DNA of 63,491 bases, counting the filler, from Octopus bimaculoides (Eukaryota), in NCBI RefSeq assembly GCF_001194135.2. It is 6 parts of 6 records of this genome, joined end to end, with 100 filler letters (N's around TTAATTAATTAA, not from the genome) between each part and the next. Parts side by side here need not be neighbours in the genome. Positions count along the whole stretch, not along the records: positions 61,656 to 63,491 come from NW_026331291.1; 5 more parts are not named here. The stretch is one strand, 5' to 3'. Below, piece after piece: positions 62,087 to 63,491 of the stretch (positions are counted from its first letter, which is position 1; each line of letters opens with the position of its first letter). The translations under genes and the position numbers were made by a program. The notes under the pieces are model-generated. The model did no database searches and was not told the origin of the DNA. It saw only the letters and a program-made list of their open reading frames with translations.

Positions 62087-63491
62087 ATACTGAACGACAA
62101 AAGGGACGTCACACCCATACAAAAATAGAAATTAACAGACTGCCATAGCATTGATTGAAGAGCGCTAATTAAGGAACCGTTCTTTCGTAATTATAAAACG
62201 TCATTTCCTGTTTGATATCACGTGGTGTCAAGTGATGGCGGAGTCTCCTGGATCCAAAGAGATGAATTCATTGTCTCATGTTTGCGTTAATTACCACCAG
62301 GCATCATATGTACATTAAATGCACCAAACGATTGATGAAAGCCATGGCAATAGCAGCCCACACTCTGTTAAAAACTGGCAATGGGTTGTCAGCCTTAGGT
62401 GTGATTTGGCCTTCTTTGGATTCCGTCCCACAGGGGCTCAATGGGGTTCAAGTCCGGGCTTAGAACAGGCCATGGCAGTGCCTGGATGTTGTGTTGTTGG
62501 AGGAAGTCTGTTGTCAACCTGGCATCAGGGGTACAGGCGTTGTCGTGTTAGAACACATGATTCTGATGACAGGCAAAGTGTTCCACGATGTGAGGCCTCA
62601 ACACTTGGCCAATGCAGTGAGCAGCAGTTACTCCATTGGCCTGGCCTTCGTCGATGTTTCGGAAGGCCACCAGTCCAAGTTTCTGGTTGAGTGCAACCCC
62701 GATGCATCCCATGATGCTTAGTCCTTCCCATGAGTCTTTCTCCACCACAAAGCCATCAGCATGATGTTATCCCTTCTTCTCCAAACCCTAGCTCTACCAC
62801 AAATGCATTATCGGCGTTTGTCAGGGAATACTACACTCCTCCACTGCTGATATCGCCAGGTTTGGCGTTTCTGAGCCCACTGCATACATGCCTGTCGATG
62901 ACGATCTGTGAGAATGGGGCCCCAAGCCAGACGTCAACAAGACAGATTAGAAGATCTCAGCCAGTAGTGAACTGTCTCTGCACAAATAGATCTGTGGTGA
63001 CTCCCTAGGGTGTGCCTAACTGATTCCATTGCCACCTAGAAGAATTGGTCCTGCAAGTGCTGTTGGTGCAGGTGGCGATCTTGATATGCCGTTGTAACCC
63101 TCGGTCAGCCACTGCCTGGACAATCATCTGTGCTGTTTGTGGCATTGTATCGTTCCCTCAGTCGCTCAATTGTCTGAATACTGCAGTGTAAGTCATTAGC
63201 GTTGACCAGCATGGAGACGTCCTATAACTTGCTCTCTCTCTGATTTCGTGTCAGTCTTGCTGTATTTGCTGTGTTGGATGCCTTTTATACCCAACGAGTC
63301 AACGCTTTGCACGTGCATCATTCTTTTCATAAATATGCGTTCGCGAGCATTACCATGTTCACGAAAAGTGAGCGAGTTCGAACCCTACATAGAATTGTGT
63401 TTTCAAAAGAGAGTGGTGTTGTAGGTCAGTCACATCTTCCTGGTCTCAAATTACCTAGAAATGTGGTAAAGTCCATATAATATCAAAATCG
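62087..63491 (-). mobile_element. Tc1-like (DD34E) transposon relic, running off the window end
   Basis: Minus-strand EREQVIGRLHAG, QWRSVVFPDK, MGCIG...IDEG...VLRPHIV, HDNA and PWPVLSPDLNPIE. Probable terminus near TA|TACTGAACGACAAAAG. Confidence 0.9.

Overview
Eukaryotic, AT-rich, microsatellite- and transposon-dense animal DNA from a gapped draft assembly. It is most likely octopus (inference from the SINE families, microsatellite density and TTAATTAATTAA gap linkers; not database-verified). Almost all ORF-track entries are microsatellite or gap artefacts. No prokaryotic features, CRISPR array, rRNA or intact tRNA are seen. Supported content: (1) small, phase-compatible + strand exons at 1.4-6.9 kb from an unidentified host gene, with weaker exon candidates further on; (2) decayed autonomous elements: a Ty3/Gypsy gag-pol relic (about 50.0-52.9 kb), mariner (29.9-31.1 kb plus fragments), Tc1 (62.1 kb to the end), Tx1/L1-, L2-, RTE- and CR1-like LINE pieces, and four Penelope-like GIY-YIG fragments; (3) at least three tRNA-derived SINE families; (4) a young MITE with perfect 37-bp TIRs, an 8-bp TSD and internal telomere-type repeats. 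The most interesting signals are minimal hammerhead-ribozyme motifs with palindromic stem III (61824-61866 near-intact; 24038-24083 mutated). The second lies in a composite of GIY-YIG, tRNA-like Pol III head and inverted ribozyme tail. There is also a LINE 3' end that shares its tail with a SINE family. All protein-family calls are by-eye motif matches.
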